This document shows, one piece after another, positions 39,702 through 52,520 of a stretch of 64,000 nucleotides of DNA. The position numbers and the translations under genes are program-made. Below the pieces are notes generated by a model. It did no database searches. It had not been told where the DNA came from and saw only the letters and a list, made by a program, of their open reading frames with translations. Position 1 is the first letter of the stretch; every line of letters begins with the position of its first letter. The stretch comes from Bigelowiella natans CCMP2755 (lineage: Eukaryota > Protista > Cercozoa): the NCBI GenBank assembly GCA_000320545.1, contig ADNK01003167.1, forward strand, positions 1-64,000, given 5' to 3'.

Positions 39702-39868
39702 TTGTGCTACATTGAGCATGTTCTTATTGTGATGACGACGCAAATTGCTTAATTCTTCTCTTCTCTTTGGTTTATTACACATATACTAGAGTTGTTGTCA
39801 TCAACCCCCCCTGTTGTCGTCGTAGCAAACTTGTCTAAATGATGAGTTTTGTAGCAGCTGCTGTTATT

Positions 39869-39902
<34 letters not shown>

Positions 39903-40685
39903 AGATATAACGGCTAGAGAATAAGCTATTCCATGATAAAGAAAATAAATATGTGAGAGATTTGAATCCATATGATTTTGGATTATGATGATGCGATGTC
40001 CTGTCATTCTAATCGTCGTTGAAGAAGGAGTAGTAGGTAATGAGCTGATAAATGCCTTCAAATCATTTGCTGCTGCTGCTGCTGCTATCATCATCATCAG
40101 TTCAGTGCAGAAAGGCCTGAAACTCGTTTGAGCGTGTTAATGGGCACCATTGATAAAGAGGACAGCAAAAACAACAATCATCACCGCAAGATGTTCCACG
40201 CAAAACAGAATACAAATGAAGCAGCAGCAGCAGCAGCTGCACCACCACCTCGTGGTTACAGTGGAGGGGGGTAAACAAATTAAGTGATACTTATTATGAA
40301 TACTTGGGTTCCACATCATTTCTTCCTGATGATGTTGATGATGATGATGATGATGATGATGACAATGATAATGCCGCACGTATATATAATGTAGTTGATA
40401 ATACTATCCAGGGCACTCTACTGGACTGTGACCCAAGATATACTTCCACAAAGCAGCAAAGACCAACAGCTGCATGCCTACGATGATCAATGTGATGATG
40501 ATGATGATGATGATGATGACAGCAGGAGAGATATTCGTTCCCAACACAAGGAGCTTCACAACTACCACCAGCACCACCAGCACCAGCATCTCCTCCTTCC
40601 TTTTGTTTATGTATGCCAAAAACCGAGACTCCTTGGTAATGTACTACTACTACTACTACTACAGTCCACTCTCTTTGTTATGTGA
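36000..40685 (+). CDS. EEF1AKMT4/METTL13-N-like SAM-dependent methyltransferase with upstream sterile-alpha-motif-like exon; may be two genes
   Basis: WTRWKWDSYY, DRILV|IGCGLSELSHGLYKDG, ITNIDFSEEAI, WQVLDVTDM, YDVVIDKGLMDSM, EVYRVLKPGGTF, FVYVCQK. Exon ~36650-36880 reads KQEVDLMRVVTFEQEDWLNLGI..QKRIL (SAM-domain-like). Confidence 0.8.
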
Positions 40686-41111
40686 TCGATTATTTACATT
40701 GTCCAAGCCATTATTTGCTTAATAATATCACAAATGGTTTATTTTTCTGTTGGTGCTATATTTGGTGGTTTCATAAAACAGCTAATCTTTCCCTTCGTTT
40801 TCTAATGATTTGTTTGACTTTCTGGTAGGTTCAACTCTCCTCCCCCTCCAAGAGATTACGCATACCCCTTTTGCAACCCGACCTATTGATCTTCGTACAG
40901 ATGAAGAGATTCGAAAACAACCTCTCGGCCCCGAAAATCTTCCGGCATCAACAGCATTTTATAAATAAACCGTAGCAGAGTGCACGGCGACATATAGCTA
41001 GTACTAGAAGCTTGATTTGGTAGCAGCGTTACCATACACATCGAATGATTGGAATGGTAGCATAAGTCACTATGATCCCTCTCTCCCTCTTCCCACCCCC
41101 TCTCCCACCCT

Positions 41112-41154
<43 letters not shown>

Positions 41155-41266
41155 AATAACGAAAACCTAATAATTTATACTATAATATTGGGTCCACTAG
41201 CTGTTACTCTGATGCAATTCAACAATATACATTGGCTATGACATGCATATGTACACGTACATGTAT

Positions 41267-42434
41267 GAAACGGATGTTATTAAGTGATTAAATATTTTCA
41301 ATTGTCATCCTACTGTAGGTGTGCAAAGCTGCGACTGAAGCGTTTGTATTGCATGTGTTTGTTTGCAACTCGCAATGTGCATGATGCAGCAAAAGCATTG
41401 GTGTAATGTCGCTCATGGCATACCGCACAGTCATTGATTCGTCGTTTGGTTTCGTCTTCCCTGTCCACCACTACTACTGTTAGTTACATGCCGTAGTCGT
41501 TATTGACCACAGTCAGCATGCACGGGCCAATTTATTGGCAAGTGATGATCCCGTCTTTGATTATGACGCTACATGTTTCACAATGTGCGTAATCTTTATT
41601 GCATTGTCCACGTCTAGACGTGACAGCATGAAGCTACCAATGTCGCCAGCTCCACTGATGCGATGCGCTGGGGAGTGTGATTTGAGTGTTTGATGCCAGT
41701 TGCATCTGTTGGATTTTAGTTTGCATCCAAGCAGGCGTTCTGCGAGTCGCATGGCCTTTGGCCTTTGGAGTGTCAGCTGTCCATTTGTCTTCGAAAGTGG
41801 AGGTGAATGGCTTATGAACAATGAGCGCAATGTTTCTCAGCATCTTTCCTGAAATTATTTGATGTTTCAGTTTTGACGATGGGAACGTTGTTTGTTCGAT
41901 CAGTAAGTCATCGGTGTGTTAGAGTGATTGAAGTGAGCCTGTAAAACGCGGGCAGTAGGCATGTGATGTTTTCCTTAGCATGGTTTGTGTTTGCGATTTC
42001 AAGTAGCAGGTAGCGACTGCTCTATTTGTGGCATTCAGTTATCTTTTGTGTGCCCTCTGCCGTCGCCAATTGAAGCGATTGTGCGTATAGGCCAGACTTT
42101 GAAAAACGTCTGGACGTTTGCAGCTTCAGTCCTGTGTTAGGGTGGCAATGTGTTAGAGAGCACGTGAGGCGCGCATCATCGAGTGTAGATCCTGGCATTC
42201 CCGCCAGGACTCGTTTCAGTACTAGAATACCTGCTTGCTGGGCAGGTTGTTCAAAGAATCTGTCCTGAGAGCCCATTTCGTACTAGCACCCAAACTAGCA
42301 AAATGTGGTGACCACCATGTGCATGCATGCACATGTGCGTGCATACCACTTGCAAACGCTACAGCCCTTCCTAGCTTTGCAAAGCTGAGATGACTCCTGA
42401 ATAAGAACGTGATGTCATTTCATCACATCTGTTG
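41267..42434. mobile_element. Putative non-autonomous DNA transposon with imperfect ~85-bp terminal inverted repeats; partly TpA-depleted
   Basis: Left end aacggatgttattaagtg..gtcatcc..tgcaaagct..agcgtttg (41269-41348) is the inverse of right end caaacgct..agctttgca..gatgac..catttcatcacatctgtt (42353-42434). Confidence 0.55.
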
Positions 42435-43013
42435 TCGGCGTGACGTGCACATTTATTGCACGGCACAGCATCGCGCCACATGCACACCGATGCAAGGTGC
42501 ACATCACATGACCTTATATTCCGCCATGCATTCACACGCCAGCATTCAAACTATTTAAGTGCAACAAGTAGGCTATGTCTGCACCACGTTTGCAGATTTA
42601 TTACACGATGTGTTCATCGCGCGCGGATAAATTGATCGATCTAGCGATAGATCGAATCGAAGTTGTGCACATGCATGCAATGGTGGATGGGTGGTGGTAA
42701 TGGAGCACATGAAAAAAGTCAATTTGTACATGTACGCTATTACACAGTAGATACGCTAATGCTTAAAATTGTTGGCAGCATCGTTCTTGCTTACTAATAT
42801 TTCTTCTCACGTATCCATGGAGCTAGCTAGCCTTCAAGGAATGATGATGATGATGATCATCATCATCATCTATGTGCCAAATTTCCATTATCATTATATC
42901 CTAGCTTTCAGTTCTTCATTCCAGAGATCAAGTTATTCTCTTTAATGACAATGCTCAAAATCCTCCTACGTGATCAACTACTACTACTACTTCTACTTCT
43001 ACAACTACTACGA

Positions 43014-45208
43014 CTAAAGTCCCTTTGAGATATGTTTTAAGATTCGTTTTGAATCTTTTCTTACCGCTGCGAGTTTAAGCCTGAGGAGAGCATTGTTGTT
43101 ACTGTTATTATCACCTTGGTCATCATCACCACCTGTGATATGATCATTCAAACAATATACAACTTACATCAGCCTACTTTTCGATGATGCCGAATGATCA
43201 AGAATATGTTAAAATTTACCTCCGTGAAAAGCTAACGAGTTGGATTTCTTGCTGGAAATCCTGCAGAAATATCGTGCCACTTTAGCCAGATCTTGATGCA
43301 AATCGTGCTGAGGATTTAAGGCCACCATGACAAATGCAGCCCTTAAAGGGCCGTTCGGAAGGAGTTTCTGCTGGTTTAAATGTTGGGTTAAATCCATACA
43401 ATCTTTAATGGTTCTCCCACTTAGAACCGAAGTAGCACTCACATCTTTGTTATCTGCCGCTGCTGCTGCTGCTGCTGCAGAATGATTCATCATTTCTAGT
43501 GTTGTTCCATCTCCTCCTCCTCCTCGAAACGTCATAGATCTTGGCGACAAATCATCACTCGACTTTATTGAAGGATTGTTGTTGTTGTTTTTCTTCTTCT
43601 CTTCTCGCAATCCATTATAATACATGGAATAATTGTCTTCATTTTCTGTTAATAGGGATAGCTTCGATGAGAAGCTCTTAATCACTGAAGGACGTGGTGA
43701 TAGACGAAGATGATCTCGTGGCACTTTAGAATTCAAAAGTGATGTGATAATCTGTGATGAAGTAGTAGGTGTAGAAGAAGAAGGGAAAGAGAGAGGAAGT
43801 GAATAAACCCTCCTTACTTTAAAGGGGGAGGAGGAGGGCGAAGCTACATCTCCTTTTCTTTTCCCTCCTTCTTCTCTTGCTGGTGGTGGTAGTAGTGGTG
43901 AAGGTGATTCTGTACTACTTCTTAACAGAGGTTGTCGGCACATCATGCTATCCTCATCATCATCTTCTTCTTCTTCTACATCCTCTTCCCTCCCACTCGT
44001 CATCATCGTCATATTACTCTTGGGGCTGCTATTCTCTGCTACTACTGCTGCTTTCGAAACAGGGGAAGAATTAATGCGGTCATCGACGTCATCATCGTCA
44101 TTATAATCATCATCATCATCGTGGGGATCTGCTGCAAGAAAATGATGATGCTGCCACTGCGTTGAAGGAGTGTTAGCAGCATTATTATTACTACGAATAC
44201 TATTATTTGTAGATTGTGATATTGCTCTTTGACGGGTGGTGGTGCTGCAGTTGTATACACCATGATCGGTAGTAGCTTTCAATTTGAAGTCGTTCTCATT
44301 AGCTGAGTTGAGAAGAAGATGATGACCCGTCTTGTTCTTTTTCTTCTTCTTCTCTTCCTCCCCTATTGAATGGATTGTGTGGCCATTGGCAGCATCATCA
44401 TCAATGAATGCTAACGGTGCTGAAGAATGCGATTTGTTACGTTTCTCCACTTCATCATCTACTACTTTAACAACAACAATTTGAGAAGTTTCTACTCCTC
44501 CTCCTCCTCCTCCTCCTCCTCCTCCTCCTACATCTTGTTCAGATGATGATGGAAGAGCTGTTATCTCTCCATGCAGAATGCTGCCGCAGTGATTTTGATG
44601 TAATAATGATGTTGTTGTCGATGTCGTTCTAGGAGTATTCGATGATAACTTCTCTCTCTTTAGAGCACTTAAATCTTTGGGGAAAAGGTCAGGTTTAAGC
44701 TTTGGAAATGCATTCTTGGCATACTTCCAGCCCTTCTGCGCTCGAAACCACATGACCTCTCTATACTCTTGCAAAAGCATATGCTCATGCAAACGTTGAA
44801 GATGCTGCTGCTGTTCGGTGAATGTCATTCTGTCAAGATCCACAGATTGAAGATGCTCAATAATATCGTCATCATCTTCGTTATTAAGGTTGGAGGGGAG
44901 AATGGTGTTCGTCTCTATTTTTGGTTCTTCTACCATAGGAAACCACCCGTTATTATTATCATCATCATCATTATCAACGGCAGTAGTAGTAGTAGGAGTA
45001 GTATTAGTATTAGTAGCATCCTTGTCTCCTTCAGTAGGGTTCTTTGTCTTTTTTCCTCCTCCCCCTCCTCTCTTCCTTGTCCCTATATCATCATCATCAT
45101 CATCATCATCCTGACGTGATCTAAGCCGTTCTTCATACATATCGAAGAATTCTTCATGTCCCCCTGAAATTTATAACAATAACTCGTCGTCATCATCGTC
45201 GTCGTCAC

Positions 45209-45249
<41 letters not shown>

Positions 45250-45278
45250 CTTTCTTTATCTTATGATAACAAACACAA

Positions 45279-45311
<33 letters not shown>

Positions 45312-46010
45312 TAGCTTTTGGATTCTCCCCCCCTCTCTCTTCTTTACATGATGTGTTATAATAGTACTCGGGAATGTTTCAGTTGTGTTAGTGTAAGCAG
45401 TTTTATGACTAATTACTAGTAGAAGTAGTAGTATACGTGTTGTTGTTGTACGTGTGGTGCTGCTGCATCCATGCATGTATGAAACACATCTAATACTACT
45501 ACTACTACTACTACTACTTTTTCTACCTTCAAGAAAGTTTTGCATCATCGATGTTCTAAGAATCTCTCTAGCGTATGCACGTTGCTCACGGGGAAAATTG
45601 GCCACGAATCTTCGTGAATCAAACGAAGTTCTAGTGGTGGTGGTGGTGGTGATGGTGGCTCCGGCTCCTAATCCTTGTTTACTATCGTAGTGGGTAGGTG
45701 AGTATGATGAAGTCCTAGGAGGGGGGCTGCTGTTTTTATTCTTCTTTGTAATCTTAGAAGAAGACGAAGGAGGAGGAAAAATGAAGGGCGACGAAGAGGA
45801 GGAAGAAAGTCTTCTCCCCCCGTAGTAGTGTTTATCGTGCTGTGCCTTCAAGGGAGATACTATTCCTGACCAAAATCTTAGCATTCGTCTTTGTATTTGA
45901 TATAATGACTCCCTTCTCCAACGTCGTCTTTGTGTGTTTCGTTCCAGAATTAACTTCTTACTTTCTAATTCAGCAGCTTTTAGAACTGATAATGATGATG
46001 GTAATAAATG

Positions 46011-46047
<37 letters not shown>

Positions 46048-46132
46048 GGGAATCGAAGCCCATAGACTTTTTGCTTTAACTCTGATTGAAGGCTTAAATC
46101 TATGCTGCTTCCTGCTACGTCGACTTGTAGTG

Positions 46133-46167
<35 letters not shown>

Positions 46168-47305
46168 GCATTTGACTTTTGACCACCGTTGTTGAAGAAA
46201 GAATCAAATAATTCACGTAACTCTACTATCCTCGTAGTCATCTCCCATCGAAGAAGCTGCTTTTTGTTCTCCATTTCTCCCTCCTCCCCCTCCTCTTCTT
46301 TCTTAGAAGCGTAATTTATCAACCCCACCCCTGGCCACCACTTACAACAATTTAGCAAACGATGTAGAAGTTGTTTGTAGAGTTGGGAAGGTAAAAGAGC
46401 TGCTGTATCCCCCCCTGGAAGTGCTAGAACATGCTTGTCTATGAATAGTACTGCACACCCTGTAAGTAAATCAATACTTATTATATCGTCACCATCATCC
46501 TTATGATGATCCTCCTTCTGAGCATTACTACTTGTTGTTGTTACTATTTGCGAAGTAAGTAGTCCAACTATATGGGGTTGTGATGAAACCATCCCTTTAA
46601 GTATCGATATAGCCATTCTTCGGGGTGTAATTGGATAGAAGAGGCCGCACCATTGAAGAGGTGCCATAAGTGCTCGAATCAAGTGACATACGGCGCTAAC
46701 TACATTTGCGTTGTTACCTACGATGACAACATCTCTTTCGCATGCAGCAATACTTACGATTTGAATCAAGGCATCAGCGGATATATTCTGCAATACTCTT
46801 GCTATATCTATGTCAACTATCCATGGAGGTACACCACAAGAAGGAGCAGCAGCATAACCACCCGGCGGCCTCTCAATTTGACAGTGTGCGTTATGACCAA
46901 GAACGTAATTGTAAATCTTGCTGCCATCAGAGGGAGGCAACTTTATCGATGTGAGCATGTTGTGCACGTAATGCTCGATCGGTAGAGGGGGTCTTGATTG
47001 TGAGACTCTATACAATATCTTCACCAACTCCATTAATGTGTTACAATATTCGTGCTCGGAAACAAAGATAAGAGCTTTCGGAGAAAACAATCGAATTGTA
47101 GTAGCAGTATTGGTGGAGGAAGAAGAAGAAGAGGGAGGAAGAGGAACTTTGGTAGTAGAAGCAGTAGCATCTTCAGAAAGAAATATCTGTGACGGAAAGC
47201 AATAATTAGTGAACAGGCATGAATTTATTGAAGATCCTGGTTATTTACTACAAACATGTATCAAAGTAGTACAGTACAGGAAGGGGGTGGAATGAATAAT
47301 TGAAT

Positions 47306-47347
<42 letters not shown>

Positions 47348-47841
47348 AATGTGATACAGTATATGCCAATATGACGATATCAAAAAGGGGGGTTTGAAAT
47401 GGGTGGAGAATGTCTCATTAACAGCAGTATGTTTTAGATGACGACGCACCTCTTCGTCAAAGCTCAAACATCCTCCATATAAGTAGGACATGGAAGAATC
47501 TTCTACACACCCACCAGCAGCTTCTGATGATGATGATGATACTACTATGCGGAAACTGTGGACGCTCGGTGATCTTCTTTTAAAAGAAACCTGTGGTGTT
47601 CCTAAAGGAAAGCAATGCTTTCCAAGACTATTTATGATGTCGTCCGCCACCATGTTCTTGTCTCCAGCTGAGTAATAATCCACTGATTCGAGACTTTTAC
47701 CCTTTATGAATCAAAAGATATGAATGCTTAGGGTTTGATATAATAGTTGTTATTGCATCATAGCACGATTGGATTCGTTAAGAATAGGCTAGTAACCAAT
47801 GAATATGGGATGGTTGAATAATTATGAACATTATGCATGCA

Positions 47842-47879
<38 letters not shown>

Positions 47880-48500
47880 ACAGGGTGATAGCTTCATTGT
47901 CGCAAACTCATTGATGGTACTATAAATGCTAGTAATAATAATAATAATAATATAGAGGTGAGATGCTTGCTGCTGTGCATATCTCCGTCTCGATAATAAT
48001 AATATAGAGGTGACATGCTTGCTGCTGTGCATATCTCCGTCTCGATATCTGTTTCAATCCAGGACTACAAATGAAAACATTAATCTGCTAAATACATCAT
48101 CTGCCAGCCTGTAAGAGCAGAAGAATTTTAAAAGCCTTTCCTAAGTAATGATGTTGAATATGTAAGAGCCCTGTCGTTACTACTTTTAATTATTGCAAAA
48201 GACCTCTTCCATGTTTGGACTTCAAGAACTTCTTCCTCAAGAGATCTTTTAAGGGAGGATGAGAAATAATTAGGCTACTTGTAAAAAGAGTATTCAGTAT
48301 TCAAGGGGGTGAGCTGAATAGAGTTACTATTGGAAGCATCATCATCATCATCATCTTTCTGACTGACTTTCTTTGTTTTGTATGTCTGCTGCAGAAGTAA
48401 ATATTGCAAAAGGGTTTCCTAGGGGAGAAGCCTTCGTAGGAGAGAGGGGAGAAAAATGAGGATGAGGATGAGGAGTAGAACATTGCCAAGATCAGCATGC
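43014..48500 (-). CDS. DENN-domain protein (Rab GEF), multi-exon, long low-complexity C-terminus; start approximate
   Basis: uDENN: LGKHCFPLG..LYGGCLSFDE. cDENN: PKALIFVS, ERDVVIVG, LMAPLQWCGLFYPITP, PHIVGL. dDENN: FDSRRFV..ILRTSMMQNFLE. Confidence 0.9.
47950..48046. repeat. Direct duplication (~50 bp x2) in an intron
   Basis: aatatagaggtga(g/c)atgcttgctgctgtgcatatctccgtctcgata occurs twice. Confidence 0.9.
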
Positions 48501-48622
48501 CCAGACGTACATCATTTCAGCATCACGAGAGAATTTGGAGGGAATGGCTTGGTAGTGTTGTTTTTGAAATATCGTTGAGATGGCAACGGTTTCCAGATGC
48601 AGTGTTTAGAACAAAATAAATA

Positions 48623-51100
48623 GGATGTTTTTCGATCATCACGTTTCGATGAGTGTGGGGATGTTGTTGACGTTGATGGCAATGTGATGACTCGTTGCAT
48701 TCAATTCAAATTGAACAGGAGTTTTGTTGACGTTTGATTTTGTGCCAAGCAAGTCGACCTTGGTTCCAACAGGTCCTTGCTCGCTGTTGAGTGCACATGC
48801 ACCGCAAACTCCAGACGCACGAAACACTCGATTGACTGCAGGTGTGCTGCATGCGCACACACAAATGCCCTTTGGAGACCCTTTTCTTGCAAGCTGGATG
48901 CACCTCAAACACACGGCGAAGATGCATCTTGTCGCTTGTGTTGTTCTGGCGCTGTCAAGGATTTTCCTCACCTCTGGACCTTTTGCTGCATTGTCGCCAC
49001 ACCTGGACACTGTTGTGCACCGGGATGTCACGATGCGCAAAGTTCGGTCTGCCCAAGGCTCTTGCAACTGTGTGAACAGGATGGCCTTTGAAGGTGGCGA
49101 TGACTGTCACAAGGTGAAAGTTTTGCTTGGCATGCCCTCAGGCTCGAAGGTGGTGGACACGACGTGAGTGGACAGAGCTGTCAAGAGTTGCCTGCAATGA
49201 ACAATGAACAATGACAAAGAACTGCATTTCCAAAATGTGACAAGACACTTGCAGTGCACGAAACGCAGTGCCTCGAACTGACTTTGGTGAGGACCACCTG
49301 GTGAAACCAAAAGGAATCAAGAATGGCATTGCAGCCACTCCTCCGTTCCTAGTTTCATTGTTTTCAGTGCCTGATGTTTGCCAACTTCAGGATCATGCAT
49401 CCCTGAATCCTGTCGTGATGGTTTGCTCATGCTTGGAGATCACCAAGCAAGAACACCACACCCACGACCCCCAAGAGCACAATCCCATGGACCACACCTT
49501 CGTGGTCTGCTTCACACCTGCCACAACATTCCCGGCTTTTGCGGAGACATTGCCCTCACTGGAAGGCATGAAGATGGAGGAGGATGCATTCTTCGTTCCT
49601 GGTCCATTTGGACAGCGAGCTTCGCAATGACCACAGCATCCCCGGCTTTTGCGGAGACAAAGCCCCCATCATTGCAATCAGAAGCACTGACTTCACGCCA
49701 ACCACAACATCCCCGGCCCAATGGAGACATTGCCTGGAGACAGGCACAAAGTTTGAGGAGGACACCTCCATCCTGATGGGATTCATCCAGGGTGAATCTT
49801 GGATGCAGATCCGAAAAGGCTTCGTTTGGCATCCAATTCTCCGGTGGCCTGCCCAATCGGTGAACAGGAATGTGGTGCAGGGAGGGGAAAAGCCACCCTC
49901 GCAACCGAAAAACCCACCACCCAGCACCAATTCGGCGAATGCAACTTTGAATCTTGAATGCAGATCCATGCATCCTTCACATGGCCACCGAGTCACCGGT
50001 GGCTGGGGCGACAAGTCTGTCCACCCCACCAGTGACCAGGAATGTGGTTCAGGGGCAGGAGGTGACCACCCCCCCCGCCCATCACCGCATCGCACCAATT
50101 TTTTTTCCGAATGCAACTTTGAATCTTGAACACAGATCCACACATCCTTCGCCTGGCTGCCCAGTCACCGGTGTCTGGGGCGACATGTCTGTCCATCCCA
50201 CCGGTGTCCAGGAACTCAACGCTCCCCCGCCCATCACCGCATCGCGCGCCGCATCGGCGAATGAAGGTGGAAATGGAAAGGAAGCGATGCTTGTCCAGGC
50301 TGGAATTGCATCTGCATCACAGTGCATGAGCCAACACGTGTTTGCAGCGAGTGTTGCATCATTGTCGTGCATGGCGCCATGCCCAAACAAGCTTGGACCT
50401 CGCCAGAACCAGCTCGAGGCACTGCGTTTCGCACTTTGCAAACATCATGACGTGTTTGGGAAATGTGGTCATCATCAAATTCATCATTCATTCACAAACA
50501 AGAGGAACAGGTGTTCCAAGAACTGACTTCACATTCTCGACCACACTCAGTTGAGAACAGGCACAACGTCATCTCGAGAAGGAAACTTCGTGCAAAAGAA
50601 AGAAGCAACTTCATTGCTCGACCACACCACTTCCAAAGCGTTGCACGACACTTGCAAAGCACGAAACGCAGTGCCTCGAGCTGAAAACAACGAGGACTCT
50701 CCACTGGTGTGAAAATCAGGACGATGACATGCGAAGTCAGATGGCCGATGGCCACACGTCCGATGTGCGTGTCGCCGCATGCATGCATGTGTGTTGCGGG
50801 TGCGAAGCAGCTACACGCGCGCACGCTGTTGCGTCGAGGCGAGTCAGCAGCATGTGGCAAACAATGACGAGCTGCGTGTGCGCAATGAAGACAGTGACTT
50901 GCATGCTGCGCCGAAGCAGTGGCTCCTCGATTCGACGAATCGTGGACGCGGAATTGGGCCACGAGCATGGGCACATCCTGCGCTAGATGCAGGTTGGTTG
51001 CTGTGCACGAGTAGCTATGCTAGCACATGCAGTTGTGCACCAATCCTTTCGCATGCGCGGAAACTGAAGAGTGCTTCGTTGATGCAAAACTAAAAACGAG
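48623..51100. mobile_element. Composite TpA-hypermutated repeat block with internal tandem duplications and three LINE/SINE-type 3'-end motifs
   Basis: One TA (CTAG at 49349) in 48623-50811. 3' motifs at ~49195-49281 (-), 50410-50495 (+) and 50610-50683 (-). Duplicated units 49936-50055/50108-50213 and 49527-49550/49637-49660. Confidence 0.85.
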
Positions 51101-51232
51101 TCTACATGCACTTTCAAATGAAGTTAGAACTTGACAAAGCCCGGTTTGTTGGAGTGCTTTGCACCCAGACCGCACGGTTGGTGACGGTAATCATTCAGGA
51201 CATGTGAAGCACAATGTTCCCCATACTTTGAC

Positions 51233-52470
51233 TTACGAACCACGCAAATATGAACCGTCATCTGGAGCGAAATGAACACTGTTGTATCCGCTATCGTATT
51301 CGCCACCGTATCCGTCATTGTATCCACCATTCTCTTCGCCTCCCTCTATTGTGACTCCCATGATACCCTCCTCATCTTCTGCTGTTGTCTTGCCTTCTTC
51401 CATACGTGACAGTGCGCTGTGTATCTGAGAGGATCCTTCACGCAAGCCTTCTACGGCGTTAAGTAACCGATTCTCCGTATATGAGGTCTGATCGAGGCCC
51501 ATCTGCAGTCTGCCAAGGTTGTGTTCTGCGAGCTCAAGCTGCTCGTTTAGTTGCTGTGCTTTCACCAGCTTCCTGCAAGATCATTGTAGAGGAAGTTGTA
51601 GTCATGTTAACTTGTATACATAATTGATAGGCACAATGAGTAGTGAAACGCAGAATTAGTCCAATGATATCTCACAGCAAATTATTATTTGATGGATTGG
51701 GGCTATTCTTACCTCATCTTTCTCTTCTTCGCGAGAAGCCAGCGATTGTATCTGGCAGCTTCCTCGTTACTTGTGTGATAGCATGAGAATAAAGCGGATT
51801 ATAACTTATCATACAAAACTTGTATGGTATGCGATTGTTACCTCTGGTGCATATCAAACAGATATATTTCTGTGCTCTTCACTCATTACTCTCATAAACT
51901 TGATTTCCCTATTTCTCTCTTTCTCCATTCCCCCCCCCCCCCCCCTGATCTCTCCTAGAAGTACTACGAACCGTTTGATTTGGTTCTCGCGAGCCCTATC
52001 TTCCATAATCTCGAAAACAGCTTTGTTGGATCTGTAGGTTTCTGCCTCAGAATCGACTCCGACTGCAAAAAAATAAGATGATGGGAGATAAGGATACATC
52101 ATTATCATGTGCATATGTTGAAAAATCTGAAGCTGTATTGTTCATATTGGAGCTATTTCTACTGGAGGCTGCTCATCATCCATGTCTAGAGGCATCTCGT
52201 TTTCAGGGACGGCTGAACATACACATACATAATATATATTTGTGTATATATACATATAATATGTGTGTGTTGTGTTCTCTGTCGTAAATTAATCATCATC
52301 ATCATCATTATCATCATCATCTCTTGGCTTAAAGAGATGTGTCATCATGTTATATTGTTTGAAAAGGAGATTAAGACCTACAAGAAGAAAGCCCTACATA
52401 TAGATATATATATTTATGCATTTCTCACAAATACAAATGTTATCATTGAAAGCAGTATACATGTATACAT

Positions 52471-52520
<50 letters not shown>

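Noticed and set aside
37930-40685. Methyltransferase or Nudix gene as the effector of the TA mutation system
   Set aside because: The motifs match ordinary protein methyltransferase and Nudix families. No deaminase (HxE..PCxxC) or DNA methyltransferase catalytic motif was seen, and adjacency in a eukaryote is weak evidence.
49240-49300. Hammerhead ribozyme or Pol III B-box in the shared 3' motif (CGAAAC..CTGA; GTTCGAG)
   Set aside because: There is no CTGANGA core with compatible stems and no A-box at a suitable spacing, so it cannot be supported by eye.
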